Notes: generated by a model from the sequence alone, not told the origin. A stretch of DNA of 63,671 nucleotides, filler included, from Guillardia theta CCMP2712 (GCF_000315625.1; 8 parts of 8 records of this genome joined end to end with filler, not necessarily neighbours in it); one strand, 5' to 3'. Positions 17,240-34,654 are shown, numbered from the whole stretch's first letter. Numbers and translations: made by a program.

Positions 17240-17941
17240 ATGGGAGGAGGAAAATTGGACCTCAGTGAAGAATTGATCAAGACTCATTGGCCAATACTTT
17301 CGATCCTATCTGAAGCCATTATTTCCTGTTCCATGGGCTATGTCAGGAGGATTCAAGTCCAAGTTGGCTCCGATCAAAGCTCTGGCGTATATGATATGGG
17401 AAGTCAGAAAGCGCAGTGGGAATCTCAATGCCACTCCGGATAAAACGCGGATGGAGCTTCTGACGCTGGCAAAGTCGAAATTGCCTGACATATCTACCTT
17501 CCACAGCGTTATGGTCCAGATGAAGATCCTGCTTAACAAGTTGGAAGATGTAGCGGGAGAGGAATCAGTGAAAGCCTTGGAAATGATTTTGGTGGAGGAG
17601 CTGATCAAGCAATGTTANNNNNNNNNNNNNNNNNNNNNNNNNNNNNNNNNNNNNNNNNNNNNNNNNNNNNNNNNNNNNNNNNNNNNNNNNNNNNNNNNNN
17701 NNNNNNNNNNNNNNNNNNNNNNNNNNNNNNNNNNNNNNNNNNNNNNNNNNNNNNNNNNNNNNNNNNNNNNNNNNNNNNNNNNNNNNNNNNNNNNNNNNNN
17801 NNNNNNNNNNNNNNNNNNNNNNNNNNNNNNNNNNNNNNNNNNNNNNNNCATGGTTGGGGACGAATCCCTCCTCTCAGACGTACAATCGGGAGACGATTTC
17901 TTTGTCATGACGGCAGGAGGAAAGATTAATTGTACCAAGTA
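17240..17941 (+). mobile_element. Ty1/copia gag-protease fragment (frameshifted, gapped)
   Basis: Helical gag-like ORF after a T-rich leader. After the gap, MVGDESLLSDVQSGDDFFVMTAGGKINCTK matches the copia segment downstream of DSG (HM.GD..LF.......V..A.G). Confidence 0.6.
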
Positions 17942-18206
17942 NNNNNNNNNNNNNNNNNNNNNNNNNNNNNNNNNNNNNNNNNNNNTTAATTAATTAANNN
18001 NNNNNNNNNNNNNNNNNNNNNNNNNNNNNNNNNNNNNNNNNCACCTTCCTCCTCCTCGTCTCCTCGTCTCCTCCTCGCTCCTCCTCCTCCTCCTCCTCCT
18101 CCTCCTCCTCCTCCTCCTCCTCCTCCTCCTCCTCCTCCTCCTCCTCCTCCTCCTCCTCCTCCTCCTCCTCCTCCTCCTCCTCCTCTCCCTCTGACAGCTT
18201 CCACAG

Positions 18207-18377
18207 GCAGAGACCTACTACAAAATGGCCATCGATCGGGTGGCCATGAAAGCCGCGGCAGCCGGCCCGACAGTTATCGCTCCACCTGAGTACCGCGACC
18301 GGTTCCGGGAGGCCATGGAACGTGACTTCATCGCTTCTCCTTTCTTCTTCCGCTCCAACATCGTAGCTGCTGAATGA
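18207..18377 (+). CDS. Last exon of a Fab1/PIKfyve-like PIP kinase (partial gene)
   Basis: After a pyrimidine tract and CAG: AETYYK...GPTVIAPPEYRDRFREAMERDFIASP...E*, matching the Fab1 C-terminus ETWVK...PTVISP.QY..RFR.AM..YF. Confidence 0.75.
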   Translation, partial: AETYYKMAIDRVAMKAAAAGPTVIAPPEYRDRFREAMERDFIASPFFFRSNIVAAE

Positions 18378-20473
18378 CGGGCTTCACAAGACTCCTAGCA
18401 GGCTCCTCCTCCTTGTCTCTTCCTCCTCCCTCTCTCATTCTCCTTTCCCTTTCTTCCTCCTTTCTTCTTCCGGAGTCCTCCTCCCTTGAAGGTCCCTTGT
18501 GAAGAGGCTACTGACAAGGCATCATGCCCTGAGCCGTCGGCCGCCGCTCTCCGACGGGATGAGCCCGATCAGCAGCACTGGCTGAGCAGCAAAGCACGGA
18601 GCAGCAGCAGCAGCAGCAGCCGCAGCAGCAGCAGCAATGAGCAGCAGCAGCCCGGCCGCTGAGCAGCAGCCCCTCCGACCATAGCATGTGACCGGCTGCC
18701 TCTGAATCCTCATTTATTGAATGAATTAACTGAACTTGATCGGACCGTCCGACAACTGAGCCAGCGGCTGCTCGTCCTGAAGCCACGGCGGCGGCCGGGC
18801 TGAGTGCTACGATGATGATGATGCGGATGGGAACTTTGCAAGGTGACGGTGCAACCGGTCCCATAGTCCACATGATAGCACCTTCAGTTCACAACGCCGG
18901 GGGTGGTAAGGCCAGGCCGGGCTCTTACTGTTACCGTAGTACCGTGACTGCCCAATCATCGTTACCGAACTCGGAAGTTTGAGTAAAGACCGGGAGTCCC
19001 TACTACGGCAGTGAAGGATCGGTTGAGTGACCGAGTCGTCTCAAAGTAAGGTTCAACCGGAGCCCCCGCCGCCCGATCGGACAGGCTAGCCCCCCCGGGC
19101 CGGGCCGGCGGCCGCAGCTGCGGCACCGCCGGCTCAGGGAGCCTTGCGGGCCGGCCCGGTACTTAGTGGGGATGAGGGACCAAGGGATGCATACATAAGG
19201 AGGGGTTCCGCTTGCCACGAAGGTTGCTGTAGATTCCGAGGGTAGTGGGATGGAATTGTAGGGGTGGTCTAAATATGGGGGTAGTGCCATGTGAGATTTG
19301 GTGGGGTCTGAGATGGAGATGAGAAGGGTGGGGTATCACAAAACCTCGATTACACATGGTGGGGTTATGTGAAGGTTGGAACCGGTACATTTTACCAGAA
19401 GATCATAGGTAGTGAGAATTCGTAAGCAGACCCCTTTGAATACCGGTGTCTTTTCCTAGTGTGAGAGGGGTACAGACAGGGGGCGTAGGGGTGGTACCAC
19501 TCTTTCGGAGTATACTGTGGGAAAGAGCAGGGGTAGTCGCAATCCATCGGGGGAGATTACCACCCTGGGTGGAGTAGTACAATGATGGTCAAGAGGTAGG
19601 GTGATCGCATGAGGTGGGTAGGGTTATGTACATTTCATCGAGTTGGTCTCGAGTCCATTCAGTTTGCGGTCTAAAGTAGGGGTGGTGAAAACTCAGGGGA
19701 GAAATTAACCATAGGGGTGGTAGAGCACGAGGGTGATGAAAGACGGTCAGGGTAGTCTTTGGAGGGGTGGGTATGATAGGACGGGGTAGTGTGGGGTAGG
19801 GGGCTGGGGAGATGCACGCGGGGAGAGAACATGGCGGAAGGAATTTGAAGAGATTTGAAAGAGGAGAAGGAAAGAGTAGAGAACATGGTGGAGGAGAAGC
19901 AGAGACGACATGGCTATGCGCAGTGAAGGAGAGATATGAGAATGCTATATGAAGTTGAGAGGATCAGGTGAAAATGGGGTTTAGAGCGAAGTATTTGCTG
20001 TTTTGATGAAGGACCATGGATGGGTTGCCTGACATATGGTTTCCTGTGATCAAAATGATGTTCACAAGATGTAGTAGAAGAATAAGATCTCAGTTGCAAG
20101 TTTTGTTCGTCTGATTTTGATGATGAAGTTGTTTGCAATCATATAGTTACTCACATGCTAAGTGCCACAAAATCGTACGTGTCGAGCCTTGTACACTCTC
20201 GGTCGCCATGCCCATGTCATTCTTCTATATGCTCGAGCTTGCTGATGTATACCTCGCTCACTTTATACTCGAACCTTGTCTTGTGGTCTTTGTGTTGCTA
20301 CGGATTCAGACGTATTGGACCGACATCTTCCATACTGACTATGACGCGCAGGAGCGAAGGGACGGAGACTGATTCATTCCAATGCTGCGATACAATCTGC
20401 GGGTGAAACTGTTCTGTGATATGTGACCCAAAGTCTGGGACGACCCCTTCACCGCCCTCATTCGTTAATCGCC

Positions 20474-24003
<3,530 letters not shown>

Positions 24004-24183
24004 TGCTGAATGTGTAGGGGATACGATGAGAGTAAATGAGTTATGTACAATAAAAGAAAAGCTTCTTGGATTGATCCTAAAACCTCCCCCTCCTCCTCCC
24101 CCTCCTCCTTCCCCTCCCCCTATTCTCTTTCCCTACTTGTTCTCCTCCCCTTGCCCCTCCTCTTCCTCTTCCTGTCTTTTTCC

Positions 24184-27100
24184 TCATCGCAATTCCCTTG
24201 TCAACTCCTCCTTACTCGAGGGCGTCGGGATCTGACAGAGCCTGCGATGAAGTCAAAAATTGCGGGTGACAAACGAAGAGCAAAGAGAAGAGAGCGGAGG
24301 AAGCAGAAAGGATGGAAAAGAGAAAGGACGAGGAGGAGGATACGTAGGATGGAGAAGGGAGGAGGTACGAAAGGATGAGGTACGAAAGGGAACGTCAGCA
24401 GAGGAGCAGGAGGGGAAAGGGAGGGGAGGGGAGAGGGGGAGGGGAGGAAGACCTTAGCCTGGCGGTTGAGGAGGGTCCGATAGCTGAGCCCTCCATCTGG
24501 AGGGAGAGGACGAGCAAGAAGCTCCTGGTGCGTTCCCTGCTCTACGATCCTGCCCTTGTTGAGGAGGAGGATGACGTCAGCACGGGAGACAGTGGAGAGA
24601 CGGTGGGCGATGACGAGGACGGTTCTCCTCTCCATGACATGCTCGAGCGCCTCCTGCACCAGCGCCTCGCTTTCCGAGTCCAGCGCTGACGTCGCCTCGT
24701 CGAGGAGGAGAACCTGCCGGGATCTTGATGAGGAGAGGGAGGGAGGGAGCAGGAGGAAGGAGATAAGGGATGAAGCAGGAAGTAAAAAGAGAGGAGCGAG
24801 GAGGAGAGGAGAAGGGAGGTAAACAGAGAGGAGGGACGACGGAGGACACGTGGCGAAGGCTAGACAAGAAGTTTGGGGAGGGAGGAAGAAATGTGGGCTT
24901 ACAAATGGCAGTAGGTTGCGGGGGGATGGAGCGGGAGGGGAGGAAGGGAAAGGATGTGGCCGAGAGAAGCAAGGCGAGGTAACGAGGGGAGGAGAGAGGG
25001 AGAAAAGAGGAGAGAGGAAGAGAAAAGGAAGGGAGGGAGAGGAGTCGACCTTGGGGTCTTGGATAACGGCTCTCGCTATCGCGATCCTCTGCTTCTGACC
25101 TCCGCTCAACTGGATTCCTCGTTCCCCTACCCCGTCCTGTACCCCTGCGGCAGATGCAAGATGAACTCGTGCGCGTTGGCGACCCGAGCAGCCTCCCTGA
25201 CCTTCTCCTGCAGCCCCTCCCCGCTCTCTCCTCCGTCCTCGAGGAGGCGATGGTAGTAGCCGTAGAGGATGTTGCTCTCGATGCTGCCCGAGAACAGCAC
25301 AGGCTCCTGCCCCACCAGCGCAAGCATTCGATGCAGCCATCCGTGCTCCAGCTCACTGACCTCCACGTCGTCCAGGCAGACGCGGCCGGAGGAAGGCTCG
25401 TAGAGGTGCTCGAGGAGGTGAAAGATGGTGCTCTTGCCCGCTCCTGAGGGCCCCACGATCGCTGCGATGTTGCCCGGAGAGACTTGGAAGGAGACGTCGT
25501 CCAGAGCAGGAGGAAGGGACTCGCGCGAGGGGTAGCAGAAGGAGACGTGTTCTAGAGTCACCTTGCCTCTGACCTCGGTCAGTTTGATCAGCCCGCTCCT
25601 CTTGATCCTCGGCCTCCTCCCCAGGAGCTCGAAGACTTTGGCTCCTGCTCCCGCGCTCTTGATGAGGTTGGTAAAGGAGTTGAGGAGGTTGGAGAAATAC
25701 TCTTGAAGCTGACCCTGTGGGAGGGGGCAAGGTCAAGTCGACTGAATGGGAGGAGAGGAGAGGAGAGGAGAGGAGAGGAGGAAGGGAGGGAAGGAGGGAG
25801 GGGGGGATGGGATGGAGGCAACAAGAGGAGAGAGGAGATTCGAGGGAGGGAGGAGCGAAAGAGAGGAGGCTGAGTGGAACGGGAGAGGAAGAGCAAGAGG
25901 ATAAGGGGACTCAAACTTCCAGCGCAGCATCAGTAGGAGCAGCAGGGAAGATTCAGAGGCAGGCAGGGAGGAAGCGTCATCGTTGGAGGACCTGGTAGAG
26001 CATGAAGGAAAGAAGGGTGGTCGCCTCGAGCTCCCCGTTAAAGACGAGCAAAGAACCATAGATAAGGAGGGAGGACTGAACGCAACAACTCATGAGGAAG
26101 GTACAAACACCCATGTAGTAGAGGCCGCTAATAGCCGTCTGCCTGACGTTGAGCACGAAATGCTTCTGGACGGCCTTCTCGTACCTCCGCAGCTCCCTGG
26201 GCTCGTTGGCGAAGGAGAAGACCGTTCTCATGGAGGAGAGCACCTCCTGCGCTACTCCGTTCGCCTCCGCCAGCGCCTCCTGTACCATCTGTGCGTTCTT
26301 GCTCATCCAGGCTGAGTAGAACCTGTTGACGACGGCGACGATAGGGATGATACTGCAGGCAAGGGAGGCTAGGCGCCAGCTCCGGAAGAACATGTAGCCA
26401 GCGATACCTCCTATGCGCACCAGGGCCTCGATGGTGAAGCGGAAGACCCAAGTGAGGTCGTTGGCCATTTCAGCGCAGTCGGAAGTGAGGCGGGAGGAGA
26501 TCTCGCCAGAGGAGGAGGCGTCAAAGAAGGAGGTGTCTTGTAGGAGGAGGTTGCGGAAGAGGTCGATGCGGAGGGAGCGGACGAGCCGCTGCTGGGTGTA
26601 GCCGAAGAGAAAGACGCACCAAAAGTCCAGCAGAGAGTCGATCACGGCAGCGATGATGAAGGACGTGATGTTGGAGCGAACGGCGTCACTGTCCTTGTCT
26701 ATCAGAGCCCCGATGGTCTCGCTGACGAAGTGGGGGAGGGCGAGGGAGAAGGGGAGGCGGATAAAGAGGGCCAGGCAACCAGCGGCGAGCCACATGAACT
26801 CAGGCCGAGCTCGTTCAACGAGCTTCTGAAGCTGCAGGATAGTCAGGAGGGAACTAGGACGGCAATGAAGAGGAAGCGCGGGAGAAGAAGTTGGAGGAGG
26901 ACAACAAGGANNNNNNNNNNNNNNNNNNNNNNNNNNNNNNNNNNNNNNNNNNNNNNNNNNNNNNNNNNNNNNNNNNNNNNNNNNNNNNNNNNNNNNNNNN
27001 NNNNNNNNNNGGTGGTGGAGGAGGAGGAGGAGCAGGAACAGGAGCAGGAGGCAGGTCTCACGTTCGATCGGGGTTTCTCTTCCTGCTCTTGGAGGGTTAG

Positions 27101-27754
27101 AGAAGGAAGCTCTTCGTACATGCTGCCGCCGCTGCTCGTGTGGACTGACACATCATGAAGAAGCCTCGACAGAGCCTCGTCCTTCCTCAGCAGCTGCAGC
27201 GCTCGCAGCAGCATGCCCCCATCGATGACGCACGAGGCTGTCAGGCATGCAGCTGCAGCAACCAGCCAGCTCTCTGCTACCTCTCCCTCCTCGCAGTGGA
27301 CGTGCATGGCGACCAGGCGGGACAGGCTGTAGGATCCCGCCATGGCAGCTGCGCACAGGCTGGTAAGCAGGCACCGGCGGCAAGGAGGAGAGAAGAGAAG
27401 GATGGACTGCCGGATGATGGAGATGACGAGGAGGTCGACCAGGAGCAAGCGCCATGCACAGAAAGCACAACACCTGGCAGAACATCTCAGACATGGCGAG
27501 AGCAGACGCTGGGTCAGAGCAAGGAAGAGGCAGGAAGGGGAGGAGGGAGGGACAGAGAGTTGACAGTGGAGGATGAGGAGGTACCTCCATGTGAATCCTG
27601 CTGCCGACCAGTTCGATGCTCTGAAGAGGAGGAGAACGGTGACGAGAAAGCTGAGACAAGACAAGATCCGGATGAAGATGATGAAGTTCCTGGAGGAAGA
27701 GGAAGAGGCGGAGGCATCGCCATGGAACGAGAGGAGAGGGGATGCAAGGTCCAT
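24184..27754 (-). CDS. ABCB half transporter, TAP/ABCB9-like
   Basis: TM domain with [17 protein letters not shown]; Walker [10 protein letters not shown]; Q-loop [12 protein letters not shown]; signature [14 protein letters not shown]; [11 protein letters not shown]; IAHRLST. Extra N-terminal hydrophobic region. Confidence 0.93.
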
Positions 27755-27951
27755 CGCTGAGCTGAGATGTTTTCTTCCTTCAACTATCCCCTCGAATCTT
27801 TCTCCCCTAATGCTACCTCTTCACGTCCTCCTCTCCTCTCCTCTCCTCTCCTCTCCTCTCCTCCCTTCTGCTCTCCTTCCATTCCCTCGTATCCCCTCCG
27901 GCCAACACTCCCCAGGCACACACATTTCATCCCCCTCATCCCCAGATTCCC

Positions 27952-28040
27952 TCACGTGATCATCACGTGACCCCTCCCACCGATAGCTGTGACCACGTGA
28001 CTATCACGTGACTCACTAAGTCATAATGATCCTCACGTGA
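27952..28040. promoter_or_regulatory. Cluster of five E-box (T)CACGTGA sites in a divergent promoter
   Basis: Sites start at 27952, 27963, 27994, 28004 and 28033, ~200-290 bp upstream of the ABCB start. Confidence 0.65.
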
Positions 28041-28289
28041 CCTGTTATCCCCGCCTCTAGTGCCCCTGGCAAGCCACCCACCCTACCCCTAATAATATTC
28101 GCCCCCATCTTGCTCACAGCACCCCAGTAATCTACCTGCTACCCCTCATTTACGCTATTTAAATTTGATAATGTACCGGTTAAAATGCAACCCCCACCCC
28201 CTGGTGTGTCACCCGACCCTGGTTTAGTCATCCCCCATCCCGAGGCTGGTAGCAGTGGGCTCGTCATGCCGTCGGCTCTACAGTGAGTG

Positions 28290-28324
<35 letters not shown>

Positions 28325-28809
28325 GGAGGAAGAGTATGGGGATGAGGAGGAGGAGCAGGAGGAAGAGGAGTCAGAGGGTGGGAGGAGCAGGAGCAGGAAC
28401 ACGTGGATGTCCACGAACAAGAGCAGGAGCACGAGGAGGAGAGTTCTCATGGGGGAGCTGGGAGTGGCGACAGGAGGGGCGGAAGGGGCAGGGAGGGCGG
28501 GAAGAGGAGGTGCAGAAGCAGGATGAGAAGCAGATTCCTATGATGAGAAGGGAAAGAAATGAACTTTGACTCGAGAGAGATGAGCAAGACGTGGGGCAGC
28601 GTGATGGCGGAGTGGCCAACGCGCATGAAAGGGAGGAGGAGGAGAAAGGAGGTGGAACAGGCATTAGGCATGTGCGAGAAGGGGATAAGGCAACAGTACG
28701 AGACGATGGGGAAGGAGGATACAAGAACAGGATACACTCTCGCTACCTCATACTTTGTTCCCTGTATCTTTGTCCTGTGCTGCTGCAGGGTTGTTCCTCA
28801 GTCAGGACG

Positions 28810-31394
28810 ATGAACATATTCTCTGATGAGCACAGTGACTGCGAGGAAGAGGAGGCTAACTGTTTCCTGGCTGTTGAGCGACGCTGACTTGCCTGCAGGC
28901 TCCTGGCAGCAGCAGCAGCGGCTCAGGTCTCGATCACGGTAGGAGGTGGAAGGGGTATCGTTGCCTTTGACTACCCCCCTTCAGGTGGTCTACCTGTGGT
29001 TGAAGCCTCCCAAGTCGAAGAAGCAAGACTCCTCGCTGAAGTCAGACAGGAGGTACTGTCTCCCTCGCCCCGCAGCGGCTCTTCGCTCCCCCTCACTCCC
29101 TTCCTCCTTCAGGAACATCTGCACTGATCGCTACAGGAAGGATAAGATTCCCCAGGATCTTGATGTGATTGTGATTGGATCGGGCATGTCTGGCCTTACT
29201 TGCGCTGCGCTCTTAGCTAGGTGCGCGTGAGGATGCTGGGACAAGCTCGTTGCGTGATCTGACATGCCGGCAGGGCGGGGAAGAGGGTGCTTGTGCTGGA
29301 ACAGCATGACAGGACCGGAGGTGGGACTCACACCTATGACCTGGGACCGAAGGTGAGTTGCGCTTTCATGATGATGATGATGATGACGGAGATGATGATG
29401 ATGGCGACAATGATCACAATTGTAGTGCTTTTGTTGATTTTGGTCTTGGAGGTGATGATGATGGTGTTAGGACCTACTTGTTTCTATGCACATCCTCTAA
29501 CATCATCTGCATCTTTCAGTCCTACACGTTCGACTCCGGTCTCCATTACGTGATCCCCGAGTGTGCGAAGCTGATCAAGCTCTGCACGGGAACCAAGGTA
29601 GGGAGGGCAGACAATCTTCCAGTCTCTTCTCCTGCGAGCTGCACGACTGTGCCATGACTTAGTCTGGGTGCGTAGGAGGAGCCCGTGATATTTGATCTCA
29701 TGGGGGAACCCCCCTGCCCGGTGAGACATGACAGGACGGTGACGGTTACGTTGTAACGTTGGTGCTTCCAGGACGGGTCTGTTGTCTACGACAGGATCCA
29801 CGTCGGGGACGACGTGAGTCTCTTTCTCTGCCTCCAACTCTCTTGTCCTGCTGCTCCTGCTCCTGCTCCTGCTCCTGCTGCTCCTGCTCCTGCTCCTGCT
29901 GCTCCTGCTCCTGCTGCTCCTGCTCCTGCTCCTGCTGCTCCTGCTCCTGCTGCTCCTGCTCCTGCTCCTGCTCCTCTTCCTCTCCTTCCTTCTCCACTTG
30001 CTTCCCTTTCTCTCTTCCTATTCCCCCCCCTCCCCTGCTCTGGTTTTTCCTTCTTTGCATGCTTTCTCCCTTGCTCGGTTTCTCTCCGGTTTTCACTTCT
30101 CACACCCTGTGCACAGGAACCGTTCGAGGTCAAGCTCTGGCAAAAGCACGTCCCCGAGCTCTACAAGCGCTTTCCCAACAATCACGCCGACATCAAGCGC
30201 TTTATCAAGGCAGCCGACGAGGTTGGAGGAGGAGGAGGAGGAGGAGGAGGAGGTGGAGGTGGAGGTGGAGGTGGAGGTGGTGGTGAAGGTGGAGGTGGAG
30301 GAGTTGGTGGAGGTGGAGGAGGAGGTGATGGAGGTGGAGGAGGTGGAGTGTGTTGTGGAGGTAATGGAGGAGCAATATTGCGATCCTCTTATCTTATTTC
30401 GACAGGCTGTCGATGGAGTCCCTTGCTTCGTGATCAGCAAGCTCTTTCCGCTGTGGCTCCAGAAGGTGAAGCGGAGAAAGGAGGATGATAAGGAGGAGGA
30501 GAAGGAGGAGGAGGAGGAGAAGGAGGTTGGAGGAGGAGGAGTAGAAGCAGGAGCAGGAGAAGGGGCAGGAGCAAGAGTGAGGATGGGAGTGAGGGTCAAG
30601 GAGGAGATCGACGGTGGTGGTGGTGGTGGTGGAGGAGGAGGAGGAGGATGTATCTTGACTTGGAGTCGTAGCTCGTGGCTCCCTTCCTCTTGGCTGGCTT
30701 CAGGAGGCAGGCAGGCAAAACCATGAAGGAGGCTCTCGAGTCCTTCACCACCAACCCCAAGCTCGCGGCCCTGCTGGGGTCGCTGTGGATTGACACGGGA
30801 TCGCCTCCTGACAAGTAGGAACTGCTCATCTCTTCTCTCCGCCCCTCTGCTCTCCTCTACATTTCTCCCCTTTACTCTCCTTTCTGCCACCCTCCCCCTT
30901 CCCCCCGCCTCCCACTCCCTTCTCTTCTCTCCCTTCTTCCCCTCCCCTCCCCTCCCCTCCCTCCTCCCCTCCCCTCCCCTCCCCTCCTCCTCCCTCCCCT
31001 CCTCTCCTCTCCTCTCCTCTCCTCTCCTCTCTGCCATTCTCCACCCCCTCTCCCTCCTGTTGATCTCCTCGCAGGACCACTTTCATCCTTGGAGCTTGCG
31101 TGCTCTGGGGGTTTCCACAGAAAGGGGGAGCATATCCGCGAGGTCTCATGCCTCCTCCTCCTCTCACCTCTCACTTGAAGGAGCAGGAGGGTCTCAGAAG
31201 ATGAGCGCGGCGCTTGTCCCGGCCATCGAGAGGGCTGGTGGGCGCGTGCTGGTGCCTGACCTGCAGCTCCTGGTGCCTGCCGCTGACCCCCTGTATCCTC
31301 AGGTCCGTGCCGACGTCGAGCAGATTCTCGTCGAGGGGTCCAAGGCCGTCGGAGTTCGTCTGGTGGACGGCACCGAGATCAAGGTTGCGTACTC

Positions 31395-31430
<36 letters not shown>

Positions 31431-31431
31431 A

Positions 31432-31466
<35 letters not shown>

Positions 31467-31826
31467 ACTGTTCCTGCTACTGCTACTGTTCCACAACCTC
31501 CCCTCTTCTTCCTGCACCTCCTGCTGTTCCTGCTTCATCCCCTTCCCCTGGTTTTCTTTCTGTATGCCCTCCTGCCTTCTCTCGTTTCCCTGGCCCTGGC
31601 CCTCTCACCCTCGCTCCTCCTGTCTGTTAACGGGCTGGCAGGCGAAGTCGGTCGTGTCCTCCTGCGGTTACCGCAACACGTTTGGGAAGTTGGTGAAGCA
31701 GGTGAAGCCGCGTGCGGTCGCTCCTCCCCGTCCTGACCTTTCCGCAGGATGTCACCACCAAGCTCAACATCCCCAGAACGCTCCCTGTATGTGACGCGAG
31801 GAAGAGGAGGGGATGATGATGATTGA

Positions 31827-31861
<35 letters not shown>

Positions 31862-33633
31862 GGATGAGGATGATGAAGATTTTTTTGGTGGTGGTGATGA
31901 TGATGATGATGATGATGATGATGACGGTGATGGTAATGATTATTATGATGATGGTGATGATGATGATGATGGTGATGGTGATGGTGATGATGATAGTGAT
32001 GACGATGGTGATGATGATGCTGACGACGACGACGACCTTGTTGATGATTTTGATGATGATCAAGATGTTGACGTTGGTGTTGGTGTTGATGTTGATGTTG
32101 ATGTTGATGTTGATGATTGAGATGAGCATGACTGTGAAAGTAAATGAATGGAACGAGAATTTTGACGACCTTGAAGGTTTCGGACTCTTGCGGTTTCGTC
32201 ATGGTCAACTTTGGAATCAACGGAAAGCCGTCAGATCTCGGGCTGACCTGCGCCAACGCCTTCGTGATCCCGGTGGGAAATCGAGCGAGTTGAGGGGATG
32301 CTGACATCATCGGCAGACCGACAAGAAGACAGGCGACATGTTTGTCTCCTTCAAGCGCCACTGGGAAGACCCAATCAAGTACCCCGACGGTGACTGGGGA
32401 ACGAACCCGTCCTGCATGCTTGACTCCTGCTGCAGACATGCCCATGTTCATCTCCTTCCCCTCCATCAAGGATCGCTCGGTACCTCTCGCTCCATCCCCC
32501 CCCTCGCTCCTGTGACCGACGTCGTGCTCAGACCCAGCACTCGGAAAAGACAACGTGCCAAGTGCTCGTCATGGCTGAGTGGAAGTAAGTGGCGGCGGGG
32601 CAGGAGGAGCGCATGTGACTTGGCACGGCTAGGTGGTTCGAGAAATGGCACAACAATCAGAGCGGCAACCGCGGCCAGGAGTACCTGGCGTACAAGGAGA
32701 AGTGGAGGGAGGTGGGAACAACCAGCGCTCCCGGCCCTCTCCTCCTCCTTCCCGCCTCTCCCCTCATCTATCAACTGATTCCGTTTCCCTAAAAATTTCT
32801 CTCCCCCTCAACTCAGTCCTCCTCAGCTCCTCTTCCTCAACTCCTCCTCCTCCTCCTCCTCCTCCTCCTCCATCTCCTGAACCCTCTGTTTGCCTGCCCT
32901 CCTGTCCCTCGTTGATCCTCCTCCAGATCGCCGAGAAGAAGCTCGTCCAGCTCTTCCCCAAGGTCGCCGGCCACATCGACTTCGCCGACATCTCCACCCC
33001 CCTCACCATCAACCACTACATGCGCGACCCTTCCGGAGGAGCCGTCGGGCTCGACCACACCCCTCCTCGGTGACGATGATGACATGGATTTCTCAGCTCA
33101 CCTCTGACTTGATCTCCAGATTCGCGGACTGGTCGATCCAGAAGCATCTGGACGCCTCGACGCCCATCAAGGGCCTCTGGATGACTGGCCAGGACATTCT
33201 GATCTGCGGACAGGTGCGTTTGAGTTGCTTGCTGACTGTGATGCCAAATCTGACTTCTCCTTGTCTTGTCTCCCTCCCTCTTGTGTTCCTCTCTTCCTCC
33301 GCTCTCTCTGTCTCTCCTGCCCCCTTTCTGTTTTCCTCCCTCCCTCCATCCCTCCCTCCCTCTCACTCTCTCCACCTCTGCTTCTCTTCTTCTCTCCCTC
33401 TCCCCTTTCCCTACTCGCTTCCTCTCTCTCTCTTCCTCCCCCCCATTCCACTTCTCCTCCCTCCCTCCCTCCCTCCCTCCCTCCCTCCCTCCCTCCCTCC
33501 CTCCTTCGCTCTCTCACTCTTACAGCCTCTTGTGCAAGTCGCTGGTCTCATCACCGCGTTCCGCATGATGGGGCCCCTCAGCTTTCTCAAGATTGTCCTC
33601 CAGACTACCTTGTTTGACATCAAGTATGATTGA
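28810..33633 (+). CDS. RETSAT: All-trans-retinol 13,14-reductase (RetSat)/CrtI-like FAD oxidoreductase, many exons; start uncertain
   Basis: [103 protein letters not shown]; stop 33631-33633. Confidence 0.88.
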
Positions 33634-33864
33634 AGCTGATCTTCTATGAAACACGCTTCCATACCTGCTGCTAGGGAGAGAGAGAGAGAGAAAGAGAGGG
33701 AGAGGGAGGGAGAGAGAGAGAAAGAGAGGGAGAGGGAGAGGGAGCGGGAGAGAGGGAGTGAGTGNNNNNNNNNNNNNNNNNNNNNNNNNNNNNNNNNNNN
33801 NNNNNNNNTTAATTAATTAANNNNNNNNNNNNNNNNNNNNNNNNNNNNNNNNNNNNNNNNNNNN

Positions 33865-34602
33865 GGTCAAGAAATGAGCGAATCGCTGCCAAAGCAAGCT
33901 TCGTCGCGAGTCGACGGTGTGCAGAACCGATGACAATTGGCCGGAGACCAGGTTTATCAGCTCCCTTGGAGAGGGGAATAAATCTGCCTCCTCGACGAAT
34001 GGCTGACAGGGCAGGAATAAGAAGATCCGGCATCCGGCCAAGAAGGACCCCTTGGAGGATATGTTTGCAGTAGAGCTTCAAAGCTGCAGGATGACTAGAA
34101 AGGGGTGACAGGTGTTGCCGAATCCTCCACCCTTGGTCATCGGTCCCCGCAAAGGAGCTGTAGCGCTTGATCGCCTGGATCAGGCTAGTGGTGTCGAGGA
34201 TGTCAGTCAAATCCACCTGCAGTACTGCAAGCGCTTGCTGGGTGAGATGATCCGCGGAAGCACTTCCAAAGGCAGGCGACACACCATCAGGGAACTTCTC
34301 TTGTGCTTCAGCAAGAAGATCAGCGAAAGATTCAGCCCTGTAGATGCCGGAGCTCAGTAGTGTCCGTACCGCCCGATGAAGGTCACCCGCAGTGAACTGA
34401 TGAATCGCCAACTGTCTTTGGCGCTCGCTCGCAGAGGTGAGGGACAGCGTAGGTCGCGGCGGAGGGGCAGGCTCAGACTCCTGAGACGATTGGCCGGACT
34501 GCCGCTGCTCCCTCGGCCCGCGCGGTTGTGGTCGCTGCTGTGGTGGTTGCTGGTGTTGCTGCTGCTGCTGCTGCTGACGCGGACGCTGCGGCTGACGCTG
34601 GC

Positions 34603-34654
<52 letters not shown>

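Noticed and set aside
20133-20406. Short ORFs upstream of the decarboxylase
   Set aside because: No recognisable motifs; a gene cannot be supported.
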